Assembly (NCBI RefSeq): GCF_000020965.1
Contig: NC_011297.1
Coordinates: forward strand, 1,428,525 to 1,460,524
Length of the DNA: 32,000 nt
DNA from: Dictyoglomus thermophilum H-6-12
GTDB lineage: Bacteria > Dictyoglomota > Dictyoglomia > Dictyoglomales > Dictyoglomaceae
Direction: 5' to 3'
The notes under the pieces were generated by a model, which did not search any database, was not told where the DNA came from, and saw only the letters and a list, made by a program, of their open reading frames with translations. A program made the translations under genes and the position numbers. How positions within the stretch are numbered: the stretch's first letter is position 1; each line of letters starts with the position of its first letter. Shown here piece by piece: positions 1-8,691 of this stretch.

Positions 1-693
1 CTCCACTGGACTCATCCTCAAAGATTCTTTAAAAAGTCTACACAAATAAAATTTACTCATATCAACCTGTCTGCTAAGCTCATCAAGAGATAAGTTTTTG
101 TTGTAATTTTGATTTATATAGTTAAGAACATCTTTAATCCTCTCAATCTTATATCCAAGCCTTCCATCTTGATTTCGTCTTTCAGCATAATACTTAAAAA
201 CTCTCCAGAATATGTCAAATAAGAGACTCTTTATATAAAGCTCATATCCATAACTCTTTTCCTTAAAAACTTCTATTATTCTACAAATATCATTTCTTAT
301 ATGTTCATCATTAAGATTTGAAGGAATATGATATCTCTTATTTATAAGAGGTAAAAAATACTCATGTTTACAATAATCAGGTTCCTCCGAATAAAGCAGC
401 CTTAAATCAAACACGATAGCGTACCCTATGCTCCTTTTAATCATCTCCAAACCTGAATGTATTGAGCCTGAATTTACAAAAAGATACTCTCCCTCATTCA
501 ATTTGTACTCATACCCATCTACATAAAACTTACCTATTCCCCTCTCCATATATAAAATCTCAAATTCATTATGCCAATGAGGATTTACAACTCCATTTCT
601 ATATACGAAAATGTCCTCATGAACAAATAATGGAAAATCTGGAGTTCCGTGAGATACATCCGATTCTATTAATTCTTTCTTTCTTACTCTCAT
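1..693 (-). CDS. AraC family transcriptional regulator (partial; C-terminus cut by window edge)
   Basis: Absent from the ORF track because it runs off the window. The reverse complement of 1..693 is one open frame. It starts MRVRKKELIESDVSHGTPDFPLFVHEDIFVYRNGVVNPHWHNEFEILYMERG (cupin-type sensor) and ends ...NLSLDELSRQVDMSKFYLCRLFKESLRMSPVE (AraC-type HTH). The ATG is the complement of 691..693. Confidence 0.8.
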   Translation of the reverse strand, partial: MRVRKKELIESDVSHGTPDFPLFVHEDIFVYRNGVVNPHWHNEFEILYMERGIGKFYVDGYEYKLNEGEYLFVNSGSIHSGLEMIKRSIGYAIVFDLRLLYSEEPDYCKHEYFLPLINKRYHIPSNLNDEHIRNDICRIIEVFKEKSYGYELYIKSLLFDIFWRVFKYYAERRNQDGRLGYKIERIKDVLNYINQNYNKNLSLDELSRQVDMSKFYLCRLFKESLRMSPVE

Positions 694-700
694 AATTAAA

Positions 701-709
701 ATTATAACA
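701..709 (-). promoter_or_regulatory. candidate extended -10 (TGtTATAAT) for the AraC-like gene
   Basis: The minus strand reads tttTGtTATAATtttaattATG. The hexamer ends 7 nt before the ATG and no Shine-Dalgarno sequence lies between them. Confidence 0.4.
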
Positions 710-726
710 AAAATTTAAAATTATTT

Positions 727-735
727 TGCTAAAAT
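727..735 (+). promoter_or_regulatory. candidate extended -10 (TGcTAAAAT) for the histidine phosphatase gene
   Basis: The plus strand reads tttTGcTAAAATtaatacgacATG. There is a 9-nt gap to the ATG at 745 and no SD. Confidence 0.4.
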
Positions 736-744
736 TAATACGAC

Positions 745-1365
745 ATGGGTGAAATATACTTAATAAGACATGGAGAAACAGATTGGAATAAAGAGGCTAA
801 ATTTCAAGGTAGAACTGATATTCCCCTAAATTCCAAGGGGAAAAACCAAGCCGAATTATTATCAAAATATCTTGCTAAAGAAAATTTTGACTATATATAT
901 TCAAGTCCCCTAAAAAGAGCTATTGAAACGGCGATTCCCCTATCTAAAAAGCTAAATAAAGAAATCTTAATTCGAGAAAACTGGATAGAATTTAATTTTG
1001 GTGAATGGGAAGGCCTAACTGTAAAAGAAGTACATGAAAAATATCCTATAGAAAGAGATCTATGGCTTTATCATACTGAAAAGGGAAAAATTCCAAAAGG
1101 CGAAAGCTTCAAAGAAGCTTACGAAAGGTTATCCATTGAGAAAAAGTATATCTTAGAACATCACAAAGATCATAAAATAGCAATCTTTACCCATGGAGCG
1201 ATAATAAGAGCAGCACTATACGTCTTTTTAGATCTTCCCCACTTGGGATTTGGAAAGATCACCATAAGTTCATGTTCTATAACTCACTTCAAGATCAAAG
1301 ATAATAGATTTATACTTGTGAGACTCAATTATCTATATCCTGATGAGATTTTTTCATACTTTTGA
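745..1365 (+). CDS. histidine phosphatase family protein (phosphoglycerate mutase / alpha-ribazole phosphatase-like)
   Basis: The N-terminus IYLIRHGETDWN carries the RHG catalytic motif. A later FTHGAIIR supplies the second His. The length (206 aa) is typical of the family. Confidence 0.85.
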   Translation: MGEIYLIRHGETDWNKEAKFQGRTDIPLNSKGKNQAELLSKYLAKENFDYIYSSPLKRAIETAIPLSKKLNKEILIRENWIEFNFGEWEGLTVKEVHEKYPIERDLWLYHTEKGKIPKGESFKEAYERLSIEKKYILEHHKDHKIAIFTHGAIIRAALYVFLDLPHLGFGKITISSCSITHFKIKDNRFILVRLNYLYPDEIFSYF

Positions 1366-1368
1366 TGA

Positions 1369-1463
<95 letters not shown>

Positions 1464-1474
1464 AAGCAAAAAAA

Positions 1475-1503
1475 ATTATACCAAGGAATTAATTTATAAG
1501 CAA
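1475..1503 (-). promoter_or_regulatory. candidate promoter of tRNA-Ser (TTGCTT-17 nt-TGgTATAAT)
   Basis: The minus strand reads TTGCTTataaattaattccTTGgTATAAT followed by 11 nt to the mature tRNA 5' end. The -35 lies just downstream of the Clp-N gene stop codon (1506-1508) on the minus strand. Confidence 0.5.
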
Positions 1504-1505
1504 TA

Positions 1506-1925
1506 TCAACTTTTTATTTCTTTTAATACCTTCTCGATGCTTACACCGTTATCAAGGAGTAGTTTTGAGGCAAAAGAGGTACTCTCTTTAAGTATTCCTA
1601 AAAGAAGATGCTCTGCATCAATTATTTCCTTTCCCATTTCTTTTGCAAAACTCTGTGCATAATCAAGAATTTTAAAGACTTTTTGACTTATAGGAGAAAG
1701 GTCATATTGATTAGTTTTTTGAGCTTTTAGTTCCCTTTCCAATTCTGCTTTTATCCTTCCCAGATCAATTCCAATCTTCTTCAGAATCTTACATGCCCCA
1801 TTGTTTTTATCGTTAATTATACTAAGAAGTAAATGCTCTGCATCCATAGAAGGAGAACTAAAACTCAGTACTAATTCTTCAGCACTTGAAATAATAGACT
1901 CAGACCTAAATTTAAGAGTCTTCAT
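1506..1925 (-). CDS. standalone Clp N-terminal (double Clp_N repeat) domain protein
   Basis: There are two copies of the Clp_N repeat signature (DAEHLLLSIINDKNNGACKILKKIGIDL and DAEHLLLGILKESTSFASKLLLDNGVSI). The protein is 139 aa with no AAA+ module. A strong SD (GAGGGGAGGA) sits upstream. Confidence 0.75.
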   Translation of the reverse strand: MKTLKFRSESIISSAEELVLSFSSPSMDAEHLLLSIINDKNNGACKILKKIGIDLGRIKAELERELKAQKTNQYDLSPISQKVFKILDYAQSFAKEMGKEIIDAEHLLLGILKESTSFASKLLLDNGVSIEKVLKEIKS

Positions 1926-1962
1926 GGAAATATCCTCCCCTCAACCCATCAAGTTTTGGATT

Positions 1963-1991
1963 ATTTTATAATATTTTGAAAATAATTACAA
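1963..1991 (-). promoter_or_regulatory. candidate promoter of the Clp-N gene (TTGTAA-17 nt-TAAAAT)
   Basis: Hexamer match with 17-nt spacing on the minus strand. This predicts a leader of about 30 nt containing the SD. Confidence 0.35.
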
Positions 1992-2045
1992 GTATATGTG
2001 AATTAGGTATATAATAATAAAAAAACTATTAGGGGGGAAGGAATA

Positions 2046-2777
2046 ATGAAGAAGATAGTTTTTATATTTTTGATTTTAAGTATCCTATACAGCATTAGCT
2101 TAGCCTTAGAAATTAACTATTATGGACATGCATGCATAAAATTGTCTTTCGAAAATCAATATTCCATAATAATAGATCCCTTCTCTTCAAACTATCCTAT
2201 CTCCTCCACTGACGCAGATTTGATAATAAGTACTCATGAGCATCCAGACCATTTTAATCCAAATTTTTTAAACAAAAAAGTTGAGATAATCGTAGGAACT
2301 AAAAATAATGGAAAGGACTGGAATATAATAAATAGGGAGACCAAAGGGATCAAAATCTGGAATATTCCTGTATATCATGACAACTCGAAGGGTTCTCAAA
2401 GAGGTAAAAACAGTATCATCGTTATAGAAGGAGATGGGTTAAAAATAGTTCATATGGGAGATATAGGGCACCTTCTGAACAAAGAGGAGCTATCAAAACT
2501 CAAAAATGTAGACCTCTTATTCATTCCTGTAGGAGGATTTTTTACTTTAGATATAAAAGATGTAATTACGACAATAAAAGAGATAAGCCCTAAAGTAGTA
2601 ATACCTATACACTATAAAACAGAATATACAAAAGACTGGCCAATACTACCCCTTTCTAATTTCCTGAAAGAAGCAGAAAAAGATTTTAAAATCGTAAGCC
2701 TAAACACCAACAACATCAAGCTATCTCCAAGAGATTTACCTAATAAAACAGAGATCTGGATATTAAATTATAAATAG
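2046..2777 (+). CDS. MBL-fold metallo-hydrolase with N-terminal signal/anchor
   Basis: Carries a THEHPDH metal-binding motif, a later HMGDIGH, and a hydrophobic N-terminus (KKIVFIFLILSILYSISLA). The SD GGGGGGAAGG lies 5 nt upstream. Confidence 0.8.
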   Translation: MKKIVFIFLILSILYSISLALEINYYGHACIKLSFENQYSIIIDPFSSNYPISSTDADLIISTHEHPDHFNPNFLNKKVEIIVGTKNNGKDWNIINRETKGIKIWNIPVYHDNSKGSQRGKNSIIVIEGDGLKIVHMGDIGHLLNKEELSKLKNVDLLFIPVGGFFTLDIKDVITTIKEISPKVVIPIHYKTEYTKDWPILPLSNFLKEAEKDFKIVSLNTNNIKLSPRDLPNKTEIWILNYK

Positions 2778-2788
2778 CTTTACTGTTA

Positions 2789-2797
2789 TGGTATAAT
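2789..2797 (+). promoter_or_regulatory. candidate extended -10 (TGgTATAAT) immediately upstream of polX
   Basis: The plus strand reads ttaTGgTATAATaaagccATG. The 6-nt gap places the expected +1 on the A of the ATG at 2804. No SD is present. Confidence 0.4.
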
Positions 2798-2803
2798 AAA
2801 GCC

Positions 2804-4546
2804 ATGAAAAATAAGGAAGTTGCTCAAATTTTAGATGAAATAGCAACTCTCCTTGAAATAAAAGGAGAGAATAAATATAAAATTGCAGCCTATCAGGAGG
2901 CTGCAAGAAGAATAGAAAATCTTCCCGAAGATATAGAAAAATTATTTAAACAAGGCAAGTTATATCAAATCAAAGGCATTGGAGAAAGCATTGGACAAAA
3001 AATCAAGGAATATCTTACTACAGGTAAAGTAACATATTTAGAAGAATTAAGAAGAGAAATTCCACCAGAAATTCTTGAACTTCTAAAAATACCTGGCATT
3101 GGTCCTAAACTTGCTTATAGATTATATACTGAGCTTGGAATAAAAGACATTGATTCTCTGGAAAAAGCAGCAAGAGAAGGGAAAATAAGATTATTACCTA
3201 GGTTAGGACCTAAAGTTGAGCAAAACATCTTAGAAGCTATAAAAGAATATAGAGAAAAACAAAATGTGCCTGAAAGAATACCTTTAGGAGTAGCTCTACC
3301 ACTTACTGAAGAAATTGTAAATTATTTATCCCAATATCCCTTCATAGAAAATATAGTCCCTGCTGGAAGTTTAAGAAGAAGAAAAGAAACCATAGGTGAT
3401 ATAGATATATTGATCACAACCTCAGACATGGATAAAGTAAATCAGGTTTTAAAGAATCTTCCAATTCTAAGAAATATCCTTGCTGCAGGAACCACTAAAA
3501 CTAGTATCATTGTCGAACCAGGAATTCAAGTTGATTTTAGAGTGGTAGACAAAAGTTCTTTTGGAGCCGCATTGCAATATTTTACAGGCTCAAAACAGCA
3601 CAATATAAAATTAAGAGAATTAGCTATAAAGAAAGGATTAAAGATAAACGAATATGGAGTTTTTAGAATAAGTGACAACAGAAAAATAGGAGGAGAAAAA
3701 GAAGAAGAGGTATATGAGATCCTTGGTCTTCAATATATACCTCCAGAATTAAGAGAAGATCAAGGTGAGATCGAAGCTGCGATGGAAGGAAAACTGCCAG
3801 AACTCATAGAAGAAAAAGACATCTTAGGAGATATGCATGTACATACTGATTGGAGTGATGGAGCTAATACCCTTGAAGAAATGGTGGAAACTGCCTATAG
3901 ACTTGGATATAAATATGTGGTAATTTCAGATCATAGCCAAGCTTTAGGAGTTGCAGGAGGCTTAACTCCTGAACAGATTGAAAAACAAAGACTAAGAATT
4001 CAAGAATTGAATAAAAAATATAGAGATTTCAAAATTCTCCATAGTATTGAGGCAAATATATTAAGTGATGGTGCTATTGATCTTCCCGAAGAAGTACTAA
4101 AAAAATTTGATCTTGTTATTGCAGGACTCCATTCAGGCTTTAAACAACCCAAAGAAAAGATTACAGAAAGACTTATTTCTGCTATTAAAAATCCATGGGT
4201 TGATATTATAAGCCACCCTACAGGAAGATTGATAAATAAAAGACCTGCTTATGAAGTAGACTTGCCAGCTATTCTCTACTGGGCAAAAGAAACAGGAACA
4301 GTTTTAGAAATAAATGCCCAACCTGATAGACTTGATCTTTGTGACATAGATGCCAAAATAGCAAGAGAAAAATACGGAATATATCTTTCAATTGGCACTG
4401 ACAGCCATGATATTAGAAGTTATTCACTAATAAAATATGGAATAGCTGTGGCAAGAAGAGCCTGGCTCAAAAAAGAAGATGTTATAAATACCTATCCCTG
4501 GGAAGAGGCAAAAACTAAACTAAAGAGATATAAAAACCAGAAATGA
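2804..4546 (+). CDS. polX: DNA polymerase/3'-5' exonuclease PolX (family X polymerase + PHP domain)
   Basis: Contains HhH motifs (IKGIGESIG, IPGIGPKLA), the nucleotidyltransferase motif GSLRRRKETIGDIDILI, and a C-terminal PHP domain (GDMHVHTDWSDG...ISDHS...GTDSHD). Length is 580 aa. Confidence 0.9.
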   Translation: MKNKEVAQILDEIATLLEIKGENKYKIAAYQEAARRIENLPEDIEKLFKQGKLYQIKGIGESIGQKIKEYLTTGKVTYLEELRREIPPEILELLKIPGIGPKLAYRLYTELGIKDIDSLEKAAREGKIRLLPRLGPKVEQNILEAIKEYREKQNVPERIPLGVALPLTEEIVNYLSQYPFIENIVPAGSLRRRKETIGDIDILITTSDMDKVNQVLKNLPILRNILAAGTTKTSIIVEPGIQVDFRVVDKSSFGAALQYFTGSKQHNIKLRELAIKKGLKINEYGVFRISDNRKIGGEKEEEVYEILGLQYIPPELREDQGEIEAAMEGKLPELIEEKDILGDMHVHTDWSDGANTLEEMVETAYRLGYKYVVISDHSQALGVAGGLTPEQIEKQRLRIQELNKKYRDFKILHSIEANILSDGAIDLPEEVLKKFDLVIAGLHSGFKQPKEKITERLISAIKNPWVDIISHPTGRLINKRPAYEVDLPAILYWAKETGTVLEINAQPDRLDLCDIDAKIAREKYGIYLSIGTDSHDIRSYSLIKYGIAVARRAWLKKEDVINTYPWEEAKTKLKRYKNQK

Positions 4547-5397
4547 AAATACGGAGAAAAGGAAAAATCTCAGAAGGCGAATGGATTATCCTCTTAGATA
4601 ACAAAAAAAGATACCTAATACAAGTTGAGAGAGAAAAAGTATTTCATTTTCACAAAGGATATATAAAACATGAGGATATCATAGGAATAGAAGAGGGAAG
4701 CATTGTAAAATCCTCTCAAGGGGCAAACCTTCTTGTACTAAGACCTACTTACTCAGATTTTATTCTTGAGATGCCTCGTGGTGCTCAAATAATTTATCCT
4801 AAAGACATAGCAACCATATTAGTCTTTGCAGATATCTATCCTGGAGCAAGAGTTCTTGAGGCAGGAATCGGATCAGGAGCTCTAACTATTGCTCTTCTCC
4901 AAGCTGTAGGTGAAACAGGTACGGTAATATCTTACGAGATAAGAGAAGATTTTGCTAAGAGAGCCTTAGCTAATATAGAAAATTTTTTAGGAAGAAGAGA
5001 AAACCATATATTAAGATTGAAAGACATTTATGAGGAAATTGAAGACGAAAATATAGACAGGATAATTTTGGACTTACCAGAACCATGGAGAGCTATTGAT
5101 AAAGTCTTAAAGGCTTTAAGACCAGGAGGAATATTCTTAGCCTATACCCCTACCATAATTCAAGCTCAAAAAACCGTTGAAGCTCTAAAGACCACAAAAT
5201 CTTTTGTATTAATAGAAACCATTGAAACTCTCCTTAGGCCATGGCAAATTGAGGGTTTATCTGTAAGGCCTTTTCACAGAATGGTAGCTCATACTGCATT
5301 TTTGACAATAGCAAGAAAAATAATTACACAAGAAGAGAGTATATCTCCGATGGTTTTGCCTTCTGAAGAAATAGAAGAAAATTATGAGATTGAGTAA
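4543..5397 (+). CDS. trmI: tRNA (adenine(58)-N(1))-methyltransferase TrmI/GCD14 family
   Basis: Shows GAQIIYPKDIA and the SAM-binding motif VLEAGIGSGALT, followed by LDLPEPW. The start overlaps the polX stop (ATGA). Confidence 0.85.
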   Translation: MKIRRKGKISEGEWIILLDNKKRYLIQVEREKVFHFHKGYIKHEDIIGIEEGSIVKSSQGANLLVLRPTYSDFILEMPRGAQIIYPKDIATILVFADIYPGARVLEAGIGSGALTIALLQAVGETGTVISYEIREDFAKRALANIENFLGRRENHILRLKDIYEEIEDENIDRIILDLPEPWRAIDKVLKALRPGGIFLAYTPTIIQAQKTVEALKTTKSFVLIETIETLLRPWQIEGLSVRPFHRMVAHTAFLTIARKIITQEESISPMVLPSEEIEENYEIE

Positions 5398-7798
5398 TAA
5401 AGAAATTCCTCTCTTCTTTTAAAAGATCCATTGCAATCTCTTGAACTTTTTTGTAACTATACACAAAATCTTCTTTTCCAAATAAAAGAATTATATTTTG
5501 TCCAAACTTTGACCACTTTAAAAATTCAACTTCCATTAACGGTGGCTTAAGAAAGATTAAATACTTATATACTCTTAATGGCATCTTATCGGGATAAAAA
5601 TATACATCTTTTCCTTCAAAAAACTGTAGATCTTTTTCCCTACTCTTAGAAAAGCGTGCATCAACAAAAGCAGGATTAAAAGATCTTTTAGGAATTCTTA
5701 AATTTTTAATACCAAGCAAATCTGACAAACTTAGTCTTCTATCCTCCTTTTTAAGGTTAGAGAGGAAAATAGTAGGATTATTTATAGTCTTTACTAATTT
5801 TAAAAACTCTGTGGAAAATTTCTCATCTAAAAACCATTCTGCATCATCCCATATAACAATCTTATCTTTTTCCAGAGGCTTTGTTTTAAGCTCCCAAGGA
5901 GATATAGTCTCTTCGTTCCAATAAAATCTATTCCACCCAGGAGAGACAATAATATACTCTTTGCCTCTCTTTTTAACTTCATCTATAAGAAAGTCCTTTT
6001 CGGATTCATTTTCGAGGAAATAGAGAATTGCCTTTGTTTTTTCTCTTTTAGTTTCCTTTATTGCTTTTTCAGCCTCTCTCCACTCTTCTAAGTAGAAGTT
6101 AAAATACTCTCTTCCCTGATATCCTTCCTTCTCTATTCTCAAAATAATATCTAACGTTTGAGGAGATTCCTTAAAAGCATCTTCCTCAATACCAATAGAG
6201 AAAATAGGAGTTGATAAAACTTTCCCAGAGATATCCCCAATTTTAATCTTATATCTTCCCCCATTACCCATTTTTTCAAAATAAGCAATAACTGTTGAAC
6301 TTATCTTAAACCTTGGCTCCTCATTGCCCGGTCCAAAGGGAGGAAGTAAATCAAGTTCAGAGAGAAATTTACCAATATTCTCACTTTTAATCTTATCCAA
6401 AGATATCTCAGCATCTATTTTAACTTTTGGAGTAAAATCCACGTCTTTCCAAAGTTCATTTGCAAGCTTTATTGCATTAATCTTAAAAATTTCATAATCT
6501 TTTTCGAATAGGGAAAAACCAACTGCGCCTCTGTGTCCACCAAAATTTACCAAGTAGCTTGACAAATTAGATATAAAGTCAAATAAATTTACATCTTCTA
6601 CTCCTCTTCCAGAAAAAACGACAAAATCTCCTTCCTTCCTACCCAGAAAGAAGGGTACGTTATATTCCTCCACAAGCATAGAAGCAACAATTCCCATTAC
6701 CCCTCCCACATCCCTTCCCCACAAAGGATTATATAAAAATACTGCCTTATTATTCTCTATCTCTTCCTCTCTCAACATTTCCTTTGCTATTTCATAAACC
6801 CTCTCTACCTCTTCTCTCCTCTTCCTGTTAAATTCATCAAGCTTTTCACAAAGTATTTCTGCCTCTTCTACATTATCTGTAAGGAGCAGTCTAATTGCTT
6901 CTTCTACCTCTTTAAACCTACCTATGGAATTTATTCTCGGCGTTATATTAAAGATGACATCCTTTGTATTTATAATAGTATTTTTATCAAGCCCTACCTT
7001 TCTGATGAGAGTTTTGATCCCTACTAAGTCGGGATTTAAGAATTTTTCAAGACCAAATTTAACTAAGATTCTATTTTCATCTTTAAGTTCCATTAAATCT
7101 CCTAAGGTTCCTAAGGTTACCAACTCCAATATACCCTTTTCTTCATAAATATCTTTACCTATAAAATCTCCTAAAGCTTTTAAGAATTTAAAGGCAACCC
7201 CAACACCTGCCATATATGGATAAGGGTAATTATTTAAATAAGGATTAAATACAAGTAGGGCTTCTGGGATGTTTCCTTCCTCAGGTATATGGTGATCCGT
7301 CACAATAACCTCTACACCATTTTTCCTTAAATATTCAATCTCTTTTCTGCTTTTAATTCCACAATCCACAGTAATTAAAAGACTTACAAACTCATTTTGA
7401 GAAAGAGCTTTCTTAATACTTTTCTCCTTTAATCCATAACCCTCTTCCAACCTGTGAGGTATATAAAAACTTACATCCCATCCCCAATTAGATAAAACTC
7501 TATACATTATAGTTGTAGCCGTTATACCATCTACATCGTAATCTCCAAATATAAGTACTTTTCTTTTTGAATCTCTAAGCTTGACAAGAAAATTCATTGC
7601 TTTTTCTAAATCAGGAAAGTATAAAAATGGGTCATATAAGTCCTCTATCTTAGGATTTAAGAATCTCTTTGCCTGTAAAGAATCTTTTATTCCCCTATTC
7701 AAAAGGAGACGGGCAAGAAGAGGTGATACTCCAATTTCTTTTGCAAAAACCTCCTCTTGCCCTTTGTTTTCCTCAAAAAGGAGAATCCACCTTCTCAT
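5324..7798 (-). CDS. recJ: single-stranded-DNA-specific exonuclease RecJ with long C-terminal extension
   Basis: Carries DHH motifs (FGDYDVDGITA, VDCG, VTDHH) and DHHA1 (GGHRGAVGF). At 824 aa it runs about 250 residues past the part I recognise as the RecJ core. Confidence 0.9.
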   Translation of the reverse strand: MRRWILLFEENKGQEEVFAKEIGVSPLLARLLLNRGIKDSLQAKRFLNPKIEDLYDPFLYFPDLEKAMNFLVKLRDSKRKVLIFGDYDVDGITATTIMYRVLSNWGWDVSFYIPHRLEEGYGLKEKSIKKALSQNEFVSLLITVDCGIKSRKEIEYLRKNGVEVIVTDHHIPEEGNIPEALLVFNPYLNNYPYPYMAGVGVAFKFLKALGDFIGKDIYEEKGILELVTLGTLGDLMELKDENRILVKFGLEKFLNPDLVGIKTLIRKVGLDKNTIINTKDVIFNITPRINSIGRFKEVEEAIRLLLTDNVEEAEILCEKLDEFNRKRREEVERVYEIAKEMLREEEIENNKAVFLYNPLWGRDVGGVMGIVASMLVEEYNVPFFLGRKEGDFVVFSGRGVEDVNLFDFISNLSSYLVNFGGHRGAVGFSLFEKDYEIFKINAIKLANELWKDVDFTPKVKIDAEISLDKIKSENIGKFLSELDLLPPFGPGNEEPRFKISSTVIAYFEKMGNGGRYKIKIGDISGKVLSTPIFSIGIEEDAFKESPQTLDIILRIEKEGYQGREYFNFYLEEWREAEKAIKETKREKTKAILYFLENESEKDFLIDEVKKRGKEYIIVSPGWNRFYWNEETISPWELKTKPLEKDKIVIWDDAEWFLDEKFSTEFLKLVKTINNPTIFLSNLKKEDRRLSLSDLLGIKNLRIPKRSFNPAFVDARFSKSREKDLQFFEGKDVYFYPDKMPLRVYKYLIFLKPPLMEVEFLKWSKFGQNIILLFGKEDFVYSYKKVQEIAMDLLKEERNFFITQSHNFLLFLQKAKPSEIYSLLV

Positions 7799-7801
7799 AT
7801 T

Positions 7802-8674
7802 CTATTTCTGTAGCTCTCTCCACTCACAAAGTATAGCAGAAGCAATATAAATAGTAGAGTAAGTTCCAATTATTATCCCAAGATATATAGCAAGAATAAA
7901 AGGTCTTAAGACTACACCGCCCCAGAATAAGAGAGGAGTAATTGCAAGCAATGTAGTTAATATCGTATATATAGTTCTTGCTAAGGTCTGGTTAATACTT
8001 CTATTAGCAAGAACTGTAAAATCTTCTTTAGGATATTTTTTAAGATTTTCTCTTATCCTGTCAAAGACTATTATGTTATCATTAATGGCATATCCAAGTA
8101 AGGTAAGAATTGCAGCAATAAAAGACGGGCTAACTTCCCACTGAGATATAGCAAAAATGGAAATAGTAGCAAGTAAAACAAAAGCTTCATTTATAATAGC
8201 AGAAATAGCAAAATCAAATCTAAATCTTATAGTTATGTAAACCAGCATAACTATTATTGCAAGAACCGAAGCCAAAATAGCTTTTTCCCTTAGCTCTTTA
8301 CTTATAGTAGGCTCAATAGTGGTTATTTCTCTGCCTTCATACTTACCAACTACTCTCTCTACTTCAGAAGTTAACTTCTTAAGCTCATCTTCTTCCAAAA
8401 ACTTAGTTCTTATCCATACTTCTTTTCCATTTGATCCAGTTTGGATGGTAGATTTATCATAGAACCTTTTAGCAATGTCTCTCAAGGTTGAAATTTGAGA
8501 AGTGCTCAAAGGAGATGAGAGTTTATAGTAAACTACACTACCACTTTGGAAATCAATACTATAATTTAAACCCTTAGTAAAGAAGAAGTATATTCCAACA
8601 ATGATGAAGATAAGGGATAATAACATAAATGTTCTTCTTACCTTTTTACCCAAAAAATTAATTTCTTTTTTCAC
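7802..8674 (-). CDS. secF: protein translocase subunit SecF
   Basis: Has a six-TM SecF pattern with DFQSG, INDNIIVFDRIRE and YSTIYIAS. It starts at GTG, preceded by the SD GGGAGGA. Confidence 0.9.
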   Translation of the reverse strand: MKKEINFLGKKVRRTFMLLSLIFIIVGIYFFFTKGLNYSIDFQSGSVVYYKLSSPLSTSQISTLRDIAKRFYDKSTIQTGSNGKEVWIRTKFLEEDELKKLTSEVERVVGKYEGREITTIEPTISKELREKAILASVLAIIVMLVYITIRFRFDFAISAIINEAFVLLATISIFAISQWEVSPSFIAAILTLLGYAINDNIIVFDRIRENLKKYPKEDFTVLANRSINQTLARTIYTILTTLLAITPLLFWGGVVLRPFILAIYLGIIIGTYSTIYIASAILCEWRELQK

Positions 8675-8691
8675 AAATCTTCCTCCCTTCC

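Noticed and set aside
462-695. 77-aa plus-strand ORF from the track
   Set aside because: It lies entirely antisense to a well-supported AraC-family CDS (cupin + HTH), has no SD and has low-complexity content. It is most likely a shadow ORF.
6924-7850. Plus-strand ORFs 6924-7148 and 7581-7850
   Set aside because: One lies wholly antisense within recJ. The other is antisense to the recJ 5' end and the secF 3' end. Neither has motifs or an SD, so both are shadow ORFs.
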